64,000 nucleotides of DNA from an uncultured Verrucomicrobiae bacterium (lineage in GTDB: Bacteria; Verrucomicrobiota; Verrucomicrobiia; Limisphaerales; UBA11358), in the NCBI GenBank assembly GCA_963755455.1, contig CAVWJH010000004.1:18076-82075 (forward strand), given 5' to 3'. Below the pieces are notes generated by a model. That model was not told where the DNA came from and did not search any database. It saw only the letters and a program-made list of their open reading frames with translations. Position numbers and translations under genes: made by a program. Below, one piece after another: positions 19,961 through 32,410 of this stretch (its first letter is position 1; each line of letters starts with the position of its first letter).

Positions 19961-20123
19961 TATCAATAATTGCAGTAATTTATTTCTCCCGCTTCAAAAG
20001 AAATTCCGCCAGCGCTTCGGACGCGCATTTCATTCACCGTTGGATTTGCAAAGTGTGTTCCCGGCGGCGCGAAAGACCATCAAAAACCGGATTGGCGACG
20101 GCAAAATTTCTCGGCATGGACGA

Positions 20124-21944
20124 TTAACCAAGCCTTTCGCGCAAATAACCAAGCTGCTCGCACAGCGGCATTGGCAGGCGCGTGCCAAACTTGGCGTGAT
20201 AGGCATAGACGTCGTCGGCTTCTTTTTTCCAGCCGGCGGCCGTCCACCGCGAGCAGTTGCGCCAGATTTTCGGCGGGCAGGTTCAGGCCGGACAAATCCA
20301 GCGCGTCGGGCGTCGGCAGATTTCCAATCGGCGTCAGTTGCGCCTTGCCCGTGCCTTCGACGCGTTCGCAAATCCATTTCAGCACGCGGGAATTTTCGCC
20401 GTAGCCGGGCCAGAGGAATTTTCCGTCCGCGCTCTTGCGGAACCAGTTGACGAAATAAATTTTCGGCAGCTTGTTGCGGTCGGTGCGTTGCGCGAACGAC
20501 AGCCAGTGCGCAAAATAATCGGCCATGTTGTAGCCGCAGAACGGCAGCATGGCAAACGGATCGCGCCGCAACACGCCCGCCTGGCCGAGCGCGGCGGCGG
20601 TCGTTTCCGAACCGCAAGCCGAGCCCATGAAACACGCCGTGCTTCCCAATCGAAGGCTTCGTTCACGAGCGGAATTGTGTTCGGGCGGCGTCCGCCAAAA
20701 AGAATCGCCGAGAGCGGCACGCCTTCGGGATTCTGCCAGTCGGGATCAATCACCGGACATTGCGACGCGGGCGCGGTGAAACGCGAATTCGGATGCGCGC
20801 CTTTTTTGCCGCTCGCTGGCGTCCACGCGTTGCCTTCCCAATCAATGCCATTTTCCGGCGCGGGAACGCCCATGCCTTCCCACCACACGTCGCCGTCCGG
20901 CGTCAGCACGACGTTGGTGAAAATGGTGTTCTTCGCGCACGACGTCCAGCGCGTGCGGATTGGATCTGGATTGAGGTGCCGGGCGCGACGCCGAAAAATC
21001 CGGTTTCCGGATTCATCGCGTAAAGCCGTCCGTCCTCGCCGATGCGAATCCACGCGATGTCGTCGCCGAGCGTCGTCACCTTCCAGCCGGGCAACGTCGG
21101 CTGCATCATCGCCAGATTGGTTTTTCCGCACGCGCTCGGAAACGCCGCCGCGAGATAATGTTTTTTCCCGGCGGGCGAAGTCAGGCAAAGGATCAGCATG
21201 TGCTCCGCCATCCAGCCTTCGTGTTCTGGCGACGGACGAAGCGATGCGCAGCGCGAGACATTTTTTGCCGAGCAGCGCGTTGCCGCCGTAGCCGGAACCG
21301 TAGGACCAGATCGAAGGCTCGTCGGGAAAATGGACGATGAATTTTTTCTGCGGATCGGGTTCGCACGGCCACGGAACATCTTTTTGTCCGGGTTGCAGCG
21401 GCGCGCCGACCGAGTGCATGCACGGAATAAAATCTCCCGTCCGCGCCCAGCTTTTCCAAAACGTCCGCGCCCATGTGCGTCATGATTCGCATGTTCACGA
21501 CGACGTAAGGCGAATCGGTGATTTCAATTCCGATTTTGCAGATCGGCGAATCCAGCGGCCCCATCGCAAACGGAATCACATACAGCGTGCGGCCTTTCAT
21601 GCAGCCGTTGAACCGTTCGAGCATCGTCTTTTTCATCTCGGCCGGATCGGCCCAATTGTTCGTCGGCCCGGCTTCGTCTTTCGTCTGCGAGCAGATGAAA
21701 GTCCGGTCTTCCACGCGCGCCACGTCGCTCGGATGCGAGCGCGCGAGAAAGGAGTTCGGGCCGCAATTTTTCGTTCAGCTTGATGAACGTGCCGTGCTCC
21801 ACCATCAAGTCGCAGAGCGATTGGTATTCCGCGTCCGAGCCGTCGCACCAATGCACGCGCTGCCGGCTGGCAAAGTCGCGGCCATTTCCTGAACCCAGGC
21901 GATGAGTTTTGGCTGTTGATGGCGGTTCGATGTTTTGTCGGCAT
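20124..21944 (-). CDS. pckG: GTP-dependent PEP carboxykinase (frameshifted in this sequence; start approximate)
   Basis: [56 protein letters not shown]. Confidence 0.93.
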
Positions 21945-22076
21945 ACATAATTTTCATTCCTTGCACGAAAACTGACGCAGATGTGCCAGGCCGGTTTGAA
22001 CAGTCGCAAAAATTGCATTTCACTGCGTTTCTTTTGCGTGCGCCGCGCCCGGCTGTTATGCTACAGATTTAACGGC

Positions 22077-24445
22077 ATGAATTCATCGCCCGACAAGCGC
22101 ACCGCGCATCACGACGAGGCCGGAGCAATGCCTCGCGCGCTCGCGTGGTGGACACGCTGGCCGAGGAGCCGGCGCTCGAAGCGGTGACGATTGACGCGCG
22201 CACCAGAAAATTTCCGTCGCCACGCTCGGCCGCACGGACGTGGAAAAACTGACGCGAGCGCCTCACGGACAAATTCCAGTCCGCGCAAACCGCCGGTCCG
22301 AACATGCATTGCCGCTTGCTCGAGCGGCAAAAGCGACTGCGCCATCTGCGACTCGCCGCTGTCCGAGACCGAGCGGCAAAAAATCACCATCCAGCACGAC
22401 GGCGACGCCACGACCATCGCGCGCGTGACCTGCCCGACCGCGCCGAAATTCTGGCGCTGGCGCGACCTGCCGTTTCCACAAATCGTCCCGCGCGACAATC
22501 GAAATCCGACGACGACGAGCATCGACGTCGACGAATGGAAAATGCAACTGGCCGCCGCGATTCTCTGCGGCGTGTTCGGCTGCTGGCCGGATATTTTTCG
22601 CCCGCGCCGTTCAAAGTGTTTCTGCGTTTGTCGCCGCCTATCTCGCCGGCGGATTTTTCCCGGCGGAGGAAGTCTGGGAACGCCTGCAAAAACGCGCGAT
22701 TGACGTGCATTTTCTGATGCTCGCCGTCGCCGTCGGCGCGGCCAGCATCGGCGCGTGGGCGGAAGGCGCGACGCTGCTGTTCCTGTTTTCGCTTTCCGGC
22801 GCGCTGGAACATTACGCGCTGGGCCGCACGCAAAAGGAAATCCGCTCGCTGTTCCGCGACGCGCCGAAAATTGCCACCGCGCTTGACGACCGGGGCCGCG
22901 AACGCGAAGTGCCGGTGGAAAAAATCCGCGCCGGCATGCGGCTGCTCATCAAGCCCGGCGCGCAATTTCCCGTGGACGCGGAAATCGCCAAAGGCAGCAC
23001 CGCCGCCGACGAATCCAATCTCACCGGCGAAGCCGCGCCCGTCGAAAAAAACATCGGCGACTCCGCGCTCGCCGGCACCATCAATCTCTGGGGCGCGGTC
23101 GAAGTGCTCGTCACCAGGCCCGCCGCCGAAAGTTCGCTGCAAAAAATCATCACGCTCATCAAGGAAGCGCAGCAGCAAAAAGCGCCCGCGCAAAAATTCA
23201 CCGACAAATTCGGCACCATTTACACCTACGTCGTCCTCGGCGTGTCGCTCGCGATGTTTTTCGTCTGGTGGCTCGGCTTTCATCTTGCGGCCGTTCACGC
23301 GTCCGGCACATCCGGAATCGCACAGCGCCTTTTATCGCGCCATGACGCTGCTCGTCGTCGCGTCGCCGTGCGCGCTGGTGCTTTCGATTCCGTCGGCGGT
23401 GCTGGCGGCGATTGCGTTCGGCGCGCGGCACGGAATTTTGTTTCGCGGCGGCGCGGCGGTGGAAAAACTGGCGGAGGTCAACATCGTCGCGCTCGACAAG
23501 ACCGGCACGCTGACGACCGGCGAATTGCGCGTGGAAAAAGTCGAAAGCTTTCCGCCCGGACGCGAAGACGAAATCGCGCGGCTGGCGTATTCGCTCGAAA
23601 AACTTTCCACGCATCCGCTCGCCCGCGCCATCACGCGCCACGGCAAACAGCAGCGGCTGGAGCTGATCGACTTTTGACAATTACGAATCCGTCACCGGCC
23701 AGGGTTTGCGCGCGAAGCACGACGGCGCGGAAATTTATCTCGGCAAGCGCGAATGGGTCTGGAGTTTCGCATTCAAGCCGCATGAAGATGAATTGCCGGA
23801 TCGCATGAAGGCGGAAATTCAAACTGAAGCCGGCGTCTCGGAAGTCTGGATTGCACACGGCGATTTGCTCGGCCGCGTCATTTTGCGCGACGACATCCGC
23901 CCGCAGGCCGCGTCCGTCATTGACGAATTGCGCCACGAAGGTTTGCGCTCCGTCGTGTTGACCGGCGACCGCAAGGCCGACGGCGGAACAATCGCGCGAC
24001 GAATTGAAACTCGACGACGTGCGCGCCGAATTGAAGCCGGAAGAAAAAGTCGCCGCCATCCGCGAATTGAGCGAACACGGCAAAACGCGTCGCGATGGTC
24101 GGCGACGGCGTGAACGACGCGCCGAGCCTTGCCGCCGCGCACATCGGCGTGGCGATGGGCGCGCGCGGTTCCGACGCCGCGCTGGAACAGGCCGACGTGG
24201 TTTTGATGCACGACCGGCTGGAAAATTTTCTCGCCGCCTTCCGCTTGAGCCAGCGCGCGCGGCGCATCATCCGGCAGAATCTGTTCATTTCGCTCGGCAC
24301 GGTCGTCGTGCTGGTGACGTTTGCGATGCTCGGAAAAATTCCTTTGACGATTGGCGTCGTCGGCCACGAAGGCAGCACCGTCGTCGTGGTGATGAACAGT
24401 TTGCGGCTGCTGTTCGGCGGCGCAGCGGTGAAATCAAAGGCGTGA
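22077..24445 (+). CDS. Heavy-metal P1B-type ATPase, P1B-4-like (frameshifted)
   Basis: LTGE, SPC in [22 protein letters not shown]. Confidence 0.9.
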
Positions 24446-25291
24446 ATCCATTTCAAAAATTTGTTGCCGAATCAGCGCGCGTTTTTCAAAGCGGAAAAAA
24501 ACTTCCGACCGGCCTGAAATCCAAAGCCGTTCGTTTTGCGCAACGCAGTTCGCCCCATGTTTTGATTTTCTCGCCGCATCCGGACGACGAGTGCATCACC
24601 GGCGGGCTGGCGTTGCGGCTTTTGCGCGAGGCGAAATGGAATGTCATCAACGTCGCCGTGACGCTTGGCAGCAAACGCGAAACGGCAGTCGCTCGTTTGC
24701 GCGAATTAAAAAACGCCTGCGATTTTCTCGGCTTTGATTTGATCGTCGCCGGTCTGGAAAAAATCAATCTGGAAACGCGGGAAAAAAATCCGCTGCAATG
24801 GCAATCCGCAGTCGGAACGATTGCGAAAATTCTCGCGGCGCAAAAGCCGCCCGCGATTTTTCTGCCGCATGAAAACGACGGGCATCCCGCGCACATCGGC
24901 ACGCATTTTCTGGTTTTGGACGCGCTGAAAAAGTTGCCGCGCAGATTTCAACTGCTTCGTCGTCGAGACGGAATTTTGGGGGCAGATGGCAAATCCGAAT
25001 CTGCTGGTTGAAATTGGCGCGGGCGATCTGGCGGATTTGATCGCGGCGCTTTCATTTCACGTTGGCGAAGTGAAACGTAATCCCTATCACGCGCGACTGC
25101 CGGCGTGGATGATGGACAACGTGCGGCGCGGCGCGGAAATTGTCGGCGACGCGGGCGCGACATCGCCTGATTTTACATTTGGCGCGATTTACCGTTTGCG
25201 GAAATGGCGCAATGGAAAATTCCAGAAAGTTTTCAGGAACGGAAAATTTTTGGGCGAGAAGGAAAATCCGGCGGGTTTGTTCGGCGTTTGA
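24442..25291 (+). CDS. PIG-L family deacetylase (frameshifted)
   Basis: SPHPDDE and D.HPAH motifs. Confidence 0.8.
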
Positions 25292-25325
25292 AATGACCAA
25301 GTCCAATCGCGCTTAAATTTGTTGA

Positions 25326-25793
25326 ATGAACGAGAAATTCATGCGGGAAGCCATCCGGCTTTCGATTGCAAAGATGCGCGGGAATTGCGGCGGGCCATTC
25401 GGCGCGGTTGTTGTCCGCAAGGGCAGAATCGTCGGTCGCGGCTGGAACTGCGTCACGTCCGCGAACGACCCGACGGCGCACGCCGAAATTCTGGCGATTC
25501 GCGACGCGTGCAAAAAACTGAAGTCATTCCGGCTCGGCGATTGCGAGCTTTACGCAAGTTGCGAGCCTTGTCCGATGTGCCTTGCGGCGATTTACTGGGC
25601 GCGCATCAAAAAAGTGTTCTACGCCGGCACGCGCAAGGACGCCGCGAGAACCGGGTTTGACGACAATTTGATTTACCGCGAACTGGCGCGGCCCGTTGCG
25701 AGCCGCAAAATTCCGATGAAACAATTGCTGCGTGGCGAAGCATTGAAAGTTTTCAAGGAATGGCGGGACAAGCCGGACAAAGTCCGATATTGA
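25326..25793 (+). CDS. Nucleoside/guanine deaminase
   Basis: GGPFGA, HAE and EPCPMC motifs. Confidence 0.9.
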   Translation: MNEKFMREAIRLSIAKMRGNCGGPFGAVVVRKGRIVGRGWNCVTSANDPTAHAEILAIRDACKKLKSFRLGDCELYASCEPCPMCLAAIYWARIKKVFYAGTRKDAARTGFDDNLIYRELARPVASRKIPMKQLLRGEALKVFKEWRDKPDKVRY

Positions 25794-25949
25794 AGCTTGA
25801 GTTAGTCCAAGAATCCGCAGGTTGACACCTTTCACCGGTCTCGCTAGTGTCGTCTGGTGATCCCGAACATTTCAGCGCCAAACACGCGATGCGCAAAACG
25901 CACGCGCCCATCCGTTCTTCAAACAACCGCAATCGCAAACATCGTCCTT

Positions 25950-27453
25950 ATGAAAAAACGAAACCTTCTGCTCACTTGCATCCTACTTTCCGGACTGGTC
26001 GCCGGGAATCTCATGGCACAGCAAACGGCGGTCATTAAAATTGATCTGGACCGCAAAATCGGGACAGTGGACCCCAACATTTACGGCGCCTTTCTTGAAC
26101 CGATACGCTCGGTGGTCTATGGCACCATTTATGATCCTCAATCTTCTTTGGCTGATACGAATGGTTTTAGAAAGGATTTCATCCAACTGATCAAGGGTCT
26201 TCAAATTCCGGTGGTGCGGTGGCCCGGAGGGAATTACGTCTCCGGCTACAACTGGGAGGATGGGATTGGCCCAAAGGACCAGCGTCCGGCCAAACTCGAC
26301 CTGGCGTGGCATCAGATTGACAGCAATCAGATGGGGACGGATGAGTATGCAAAACTCTGCAGCCTGATTGGGGCGGAGAATTTCATCTGCATCAACGCAG
26401 GCCTGGGAACTCTGGATCAGGCCAGGCATTGGATTGAATACTGCAATTATCCGAAAGGAACCTATTATTCGGATCTACGGAGGAAGTATGGCAATGAGCA
26501 ACCATTTGATGTCAAATACTGGTCTCTGGGCAACGAAATGGACGGACCCTGGCAGATGGGGCAGAAGGATGCGGAAGACTACTGCAAGTTTGCGCTGGAA
26601 GCCGCCAAGATCATGCGGCTGGTGGACGGGAACGTCAAATTCATCGCCGACGGGGCTTCCAATTACAAGCCCGAATAACAACTGGATTGATTGGGATGAT
26701 TATGTGTTGCAGCATATGGTGGGCAGTATTGATTACCTCTCTGTGCATCGGTATGCCACGGAGGCGCTCAATGGTGATAGAAGCTTTTCCGGGATGATGT
26801 CTCTGGGTTTGGATGTGGATCAAAAAATCAACATCATAAAGGATTTGATTGAGAAGGCAGAAATAAAATCCGGCTCCAAACGGCCCGTGTATATCTCCTT
26901 TGACGAATGGTCGGCTGGAGGTGCCACGCTGACCGGGTCCCTCATGGTGGCGCAACACCTGAACTCCTTCATCCGTCATGCCGACATCGTCAAAATGGCG
27001 AACATTACGATGCTCTCCAGCCTGGTGGGAAATTCACCGGATGGCGATTACAAGAATGCGCTGTATCAGGCCTTCTATCTGTATTCCAACAACGCTCGCG
27101 GCACCGCTCTGGATGTGTATGTTGACAGTGAAAAATACAGCAACAAAGTATTCAATGAAATACCTTATCTCGATGTTACCGCCGTGTTAAATGACATTAC
27201 CAAAACTCTTGTGGTCAATGTCGTCAACCGGAATGAAACGAGTGCCATCACCTCCGATATACTTTTGCAGAGTGGAGACTACACGGGAAGCGCCACAGTC
27301 AAGGAGGTCAACGGCGATTCGGTCACGGCGGCGAATACAAAGACCAACGAGGCTGTTTCCATCGCCACCAAGCAAATTCAATTTGGCGGCAGCAAAATCA
27401 ATTACAGCTTTCCGGCACATTCATTTACCCAGATGCTGATCCCCGTCAAATAG
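25950..27453 (+). CDS. GH51 alpha-L-arabinofuranosidase (one frameshift near 26670)
   Basis: Signal peptide, RWPGGN, LGNEMDG, FDEW, C-terminal FPAHSF. Confidence 0.9.
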
Positions 27454-27523
27454 TCCAACTGCGTGGCGCAGGGCAGGTGCCGCGCTGCAAAAGAAAACCA
27501 ACCGAACATAGAAAGGAAAGGTC

Positions 27524-29254
27524 ATGTCAAATTCCAATTCTGAAAATCGCAACCAGATCAGCCGCCGCCAGGCACTCCTGCTTTCCGCTGCCGCAGGAAT
27601 GGGAGCCGCGCTGACCGGAACCGCCCGCGCTTCCGACAGCATCAAGACCGCCGCGCATCAGGAGCCGGGAACCTGTTCCACGCCGCGTTAGGCCGTCGCG
27701 GACACACAATACGGCAAGGTGCGCGGCTTTGTGGACGGTGACGTCTTCACGTTCAAAGGCATACCGTATGGCCAGAACACCGGCGGCGAGAACCGCTGGC
27801 TTCCCGCCAAACCGCCCAAGCCCTGGACCGGCGAATATCCCGCGCTGATCTACGGGCCGAATTGCCCGCAGAACCTGCATAGCTGGGATCGCCCCGCCAC
27901 CCAGCAGGGTCAGGGCGACGCCGTGTGGGGTTCGATCGAACAGACGTTCATCCAGGATTGGGACGACGGCTACCAGGGCGAAGATATGCTTAAGCTGAAC
28001 GTCTGGACGCCGAGCCTGACCGGCAAGCGTCCGGTGATGGTCTATTTTCACGGCGGCGGTTTCTTCTTCGGCTCGTCTTACGAACTGCCATCGCAGGAAG
28101 GCGCGCAAATGGCCCGGCATCACGACGTCGTTTCTGTGACGGTCAATCACCGCCTCAATATCCTCGGCTTCTTCGATCTGTCCGAGATTGGCGGACCAGC
28201 CTATGCCGATTCCGTGAACGTCGGCATGACCGACTTGGTGGCGGCTCTGCGCTGGATTCGCGACAACATTGCCAGTTTCGGCGGCGATCCCGACAATGTT
28301 ATGATCTATGGCCAGTCGGGCGGCGGGTCGAAAGTCACCACACTGATGGGTATGCCGTCGGCGGCGGGGCTGTTCCATCGCGCGGCTGTGCAGTCGGGCG
28401 GCGGCGGCAATCCTCCCAGCGCAGAGCAATCGCGGGAGTTTGCAAAATATATCATGGCTCAACTGGGGCTGAGGCCGAACGATATTGACGGCCTGAAAAA
28501 GATGGATTGGGCCGCTTTGAACGCGGCCGCCATGCAAGTTGCAGAAAAGGTCAACGGACCCAGGCAGCCGAGTCTCGGCATGGGTGCGCCGTGGGGTTCC
28601 ACGCCGCACGTTGGCATGGGGCCGACCATGGACGGCCGCATTATCCCGGTGCGTTCATTTTTCGAAGGTGCGCCGGACATTTCCAGGAACGTGCCGATGT
28701 TGATCGGCTCGGTAAGTGAAGAAGGCAACCAAATGTCCTCCAAGCCGACCGAGGCCGAGTGGCATGACAAACTGGCGAAAGTAATCGGCGACACCAAGGC
28801 CAGCGCGCTGATCGCCGCCATGAAGCAGGCGCACCCGGAGAAGAGCATCCGCACGCTGTCCTACGGCGTGAGCGGCCTGCTGGTGCGCAACAATGTCACC
28901 CGCATGGCCAAGATGAAGCACGACCTGAACGCCGCGCCGGTGTTCGCGTATTATTTCACCTGGCAATCGCCGATGCTCGAAGATGCGGGCGCCTGGCACA
29001 CGGCCGAACTGGCTTTCTGCTTTGACAACGCGAAGCGCTGCGAACAGGGCACCGGGAACACGCCGGAGGCGCAGAAGCTGGCCAAGAAGATGGCCACGGC
29101 TTGGGCCAATTTCGCCCGCGCCGGCAATCCCAGCCAGTCCGGCCTGAGCTGGAAGCCGTTCGATCCGGAACAATGTCCGACCATGGTGTTCGACAACAAA
29201 TGCCGCATCGTGGACGACCCCGAAGGAACGGCGCGCAAGATTTTGTTGAGCTAG
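27524..29254 (+). pseudogene. Tat-exported type B carboxylesterase with an in-frame TAG at 27689-27691
   Basis: SRRQALL Tat signal in frame with FKGIPY, HGGG, GQSGGG and WHTAEL. Confidence 0.8.
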
Positions 29255-30470
29255 GGAAGCGCTGAATAAAGCCAATTTTTCAAATTTCGATTTCTGAACA
29301 TTGGGAAGATGGCATTTTCTGGGGAATCTGGCGACCGGATTCTCCGGTTCGGTGGTTGGCTTTGGTTCAGTTGGGGTGGTTTTCCGCCTTTTTCAATCCG
29401 TCTTGGCGGCGCGCGTCCGGTTTTTCATGCCGTGGCCTGCCGCGCGCCAATGATCACGTTGGCCAGTCCAAAGAGCGTGTAAAGTTGATGCCCGTTTTTG
29501 GCCAGCCCCCGATAGCGCACTTTCCGATGCCCGAAAATATTCTTGAGGAGGTGGAAGGGGTGTTCCACGAACGCTCGCACCGCGGCTTTGGCTTTCTCAA
29601 CCGCCTTGAGCGTTTCTTTCTCAGTCCCTTCTTTCATCGCTTTGATCTGGCCGCGTTTGCGCGCAATCTGCCAGTCAATCTTCCGCTCCAACGCCACAAT
29701 CTCGGCGCGCTTTTCCACGCCGGTGTAGCCGGCGTCGGCATGGACTTGCTTCTCCTGCCCATGCAGCAATTCCGCCGTTTTGGTGATGTCCGCCACGTTG
29801 GCGGCGGTGACCACCACGGTGTGAACCAGCTTGCTGTCCCGATCCGCCCCAATATGGGCTTTCATCCCGAAATACCATTGGTTGCCCTTTTTGGTCTGGT
29901 GCATTTCCGGGTCGCGTTTCCTTTCCCGGTTCTTGGTCGAGGGCGGCGCGGCGATCAGCGTGGCGTCCACCAATGTGCCTTCGCGCAGCAGCAGGCCGCG
30001 TGCGGTGAGGTCGGCGTTGATGGCGGCGAAGAGGCCTTTGCACAGGTCATGGGTTTCGAGCAACCGCCGGAATTTCAAGAGCGTGGTGGGGTCGGGCACG
30101 CCCTCGGCGGCCAGATCAATGCGGGCAAAACCCTGAAGGGCCTGACTGTCATAGAGCGCGTCTTCGAGGGCTTCATCGGCCAGGCCATGCCATTGCTGGA
30201 GAAAATAGACCCGTAACATCCGCTCCAACCCGATGGGCGGGCGTCCCCGTTCTCCTTTGGGATAGAACGGTTCGATGACGCCCAGCAGTTTCGACCATGG
30301 AATGAGAGCTTCCATGCGCGCGAGAAACTTCTCGCGGCGGGTGATCTTCTTTTTATCTGCAAACTCGGCCTGGGAAAAACTCGGCTGTTGCGTCATGCCT
30401 CGAAGTTTATAAAACCTCATCTCCGCCGTCTGTATAAAATCGAAGACCAATGGATTAAATCAGCGGTTCC
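29255..30470 (-). mobile_element. IS5-family insertion sequence
   Basis: Imperfect TIRs GGAAGCGCTGAATAA / GGAACCGCTGATTTAA; flanks CTAG and CTAA (YTAR target). Confidence 0.9.
29425..30396 (-). CDS. IS5 transposase
   Basis: VDATLI, KKGNQWYFGMKAHIG, ADAGY, RAFVEHPF. Confidence 0.95.
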   Translation of the reverse strand: MTQQPSFSQAEFADKKKITRREKFLARMEALIPWSKLLGVIEPFYPKGERGRPPIGLERMLRVYFLQQWHGLADEALEDALYDSQALQGFARIDLAAEGVPDPTTLLKFRRLLETHDLCKGLFAAINADLTARGLLLREGTLVDATLIAAPPSTKNRERKRDPEMHQTKKGNQWYFGMKAHIGADRDSKLVHTVVVTAANVADITKTAELLHGQEKQVHADAGYTGVEKRAEIVALERKIDWQIARKRGQIKAMKEGTEKETLKAVEKAKAAVRAFVEHPFHLLKNIFGHRKVRYRGLAKNGHQLYTLFGLANVIIGARQATA

Positions 30471-30540
30471 CTAACGGAAATTCAATAAAAAACAAACATT
30501 AGATTGACCCAATTGGCGAGGCGCAATTACCATGCTGCCC

Positions 30541-31707
30541 ATGAAAACCCATCCGTTTCTTTTCGTCAGTTTTATGAGCTTGGTGGTGGCTTCGGCCGCA
30601 CCCCTGTTCGCGCAGGGCGGGCCAGGGCAACGTCGTGGTCCTGATCTCGGACCCATTCCTGAAATCCACGCTCCCGTCACGAACACGCTGCCCGGCCTGC
30701 TGGGCAAGCCGATTAAATGGGTGTCAACTGGCATACTGGTTGCGCCGCAAAACGACGCCGACCATTTTCTTTACTCGGTCAAAGACCCCACAATCTTTCG
30801 TTACCACGGCAAGTGGGAAATTTACGCCACCGCCTACATGGTCAGCGGCCCTGCGGCGGCGGCATTGCAGAACCCCGGCACCAACCAGCCAAGCGCGGGC
30901 TATCGTCGCGGCGGCGGCGGCGGGTGGAACATGATTCACACGAGCTTTGCCGATTGGAAGGACGCTCCCAATGCCAAGCTTTTTTACATGGATACCGTTC
31001 CGGGCTTCGGCGGTTACAAGTGCGCGCCGGAAGTGTTCTATTTCTCTCCGCAGAAGAAATGGTATTTCACCTTCCAAACCCAGACGCCGGCCTATTCCAC
31101 CAGCGATAATCCGGATGACCCGACTTCCTGGAGCGCGCCCCAGCAGTTCTTCGAGCGCGGCACACCGCTGCCCGGCCTCCCGATTGACTATCATTTCATC
31201 GGCGACGGGGAATATATGTATATGTTTTTCACCGGCGATGACGGAAACTTTTATCGCAGCCGGACAACCTACGCGGATTTCCCCAAGGGCTTCAGCAATC
31301 CCGTGATCGCCATGCACGGCAACCGCAACAACGTGTTCGAAGCCGGCTTCACCTACAAGATCAAGGGCGTGGACAAATACCTCACCTGCGTGGAAGCGCT
31401 GGGAGCCGGACGTTATTACCGCGCCTATGTGGCGGACAAGCTGGATGGCGAATGGTATCCGATCGAAGGATTCGACACGCCGGAACATCCGTTTGCCGGC
31501 AAGGCCAACGTGACCTTTGAAGACGGCGTCACCCCGTGGTCCAGCCAGGTCAGCCATGGTGAAATGTTTCGTGAAGTGAACGACGAACGGCAGGTTCTCG
31601 ACCCCGACAACCTTATGTTCCTTTACCAGGGAATTTCTGACGCCGACAACCACGGCGACTACGGCCATCTGCCCTACAAGCTCGGACTCCTCCGCGCGGT
31701 CAAGTGA
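30541..31707 (+). CDS. GH62-like alpha-L-arabinofuranosidase
   Basis: Signal peptide, SVKDPT..WEIYAT, APEVFYF, FEA, SHGE. Confidence 0.82.
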   Translation: MKTHPFLFVSFMSLVVASAAPLFAQGGPGQRRGPDLGPIPEIHAPVTNTLPGLLGKPIKWVSTGILVAPQNDADHFLYSVKDPTIFRYHGKWEIYATAYMVSGPAAAALQNPGTNQPSAGYRRGGGGGWNMIHTSFADWKDAPNAKLFYMDTVPGFGGYKCAPEVFYFSPQKKWYFTFQTQTPAYSTSDNPDDPTSWSAPQQFFERGTPLPGLPIDYHFIGDGEYMYMFFTGDDGNFYRSRTTYADFPKGFSNPVIAMHGNRNNVFEAGFTYKIKGVDKYLTCVEALGAGRYYRAYVADKLDGEWYPIEGFDTPEHPFAGKANVTFEDGVTPWSSQVSHGEMFREVNDERQVLDPDNLMFLYQGISDADNHGDYGHLPYKLGLLRAVK

Positions 31708-31743
31708 TGAATTTCCGGGCGGCTTGGCTGTAAAATAACGGCA

Positions 31744-32004
31744 ATGAGCGCGCCGAACGATGAATTGCTGAAAGCGGCGGAACTGGCTCTGGCCGGCGAG
31801 TGGGACGCCGCGCATCAAATCGTCCAGCAATACGAAGACGGCAACGCCGCGTGGATTCACGCGGTGCTGCACAAGATGGAAGGCGACCCCGGCAACGCCC
31901 GCTATTGGTATCGCCGCGCCGACCGGATGAACCACGTCGAAGATGAACCGCGCGCGGAACTGGCCGCGATTCGGGATGAATTAACCACGGATGAACACCG
32001 ATGA
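31744..32004 (+). CDS. Conserved hypothetical protein
   Basis: WDAAH..Q...[20 protein letters not shown] motif. Confidence 0.75.
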   Translation: MSAPNDELLKAAELALAGEWDAAHQIVQQYEDGNAAWIHAVLHKMEGDPGNARYWYRRADRMNHVEDEPRAELAAIRDELTTDEHR

Positions 32005-32029
32005 ACACGGATTCAATTTGGTCTCCGGT

Positions 32030-32301
32030 ATGAAAACCGTTTTTCAAAAACAGCATTATGTCTCACAGGTTTTGTTAAGACGCTTTGCAAATGGTGGACG
32101 TTTGCAGGTTTTTACCATCAAGACCGAAAAATGGAAGCCACTGCCACCCAAAAAGATTTTTTGTCAATCTGGCTATACTCAACTGCTGGCCAACGGTCAG
32201 GTTGACAACACCCTTGAAAGAGAATTTGGAAAAGTTGAAACGCAACTGCCCGAAACACTTGCCGCCTTGGATGATGCGGCCAAAAAAACGCAAGTTACGC
32301 T
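32030..32301 (+). pseudogene. Truncated DUF4238-like fragment
   Basis: N-terminal KQHYVSQVLLRRF motif; AT-rich; runs into a repeat arm. Confidence 0.55.
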
Positions 32302-32353
32302 ATCCGTGTTTCATCCGTGGCCAACCTCTGTGCCTCCGCGTCTCTGCGGTTAA

Positions 32354-32405
32354 GAATAATTCTCCATCCCCACGCAGGAGCAAACCGGGTTGCGGACGCC
32401 GAAGA
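32354..32405 (-). repeat. 52-bp displaced copy of the gcvP 3' end (other copy 32985-33036)
   Basis: 46/52 identity; FGVRNPVCSCVGMENYS* versus [18 protein letters not shown]. Confidence 0.9.
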
Positions 32406-32410
32406 AGATT

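Noticed and set aside
27689-27691. Stop-codon readthrough or pyrrolysine in the esterase
   Set aside because: Single TAG, no pyl genes, and TAG is used as a normal stop elsewhere; a point mutation or error is simpler
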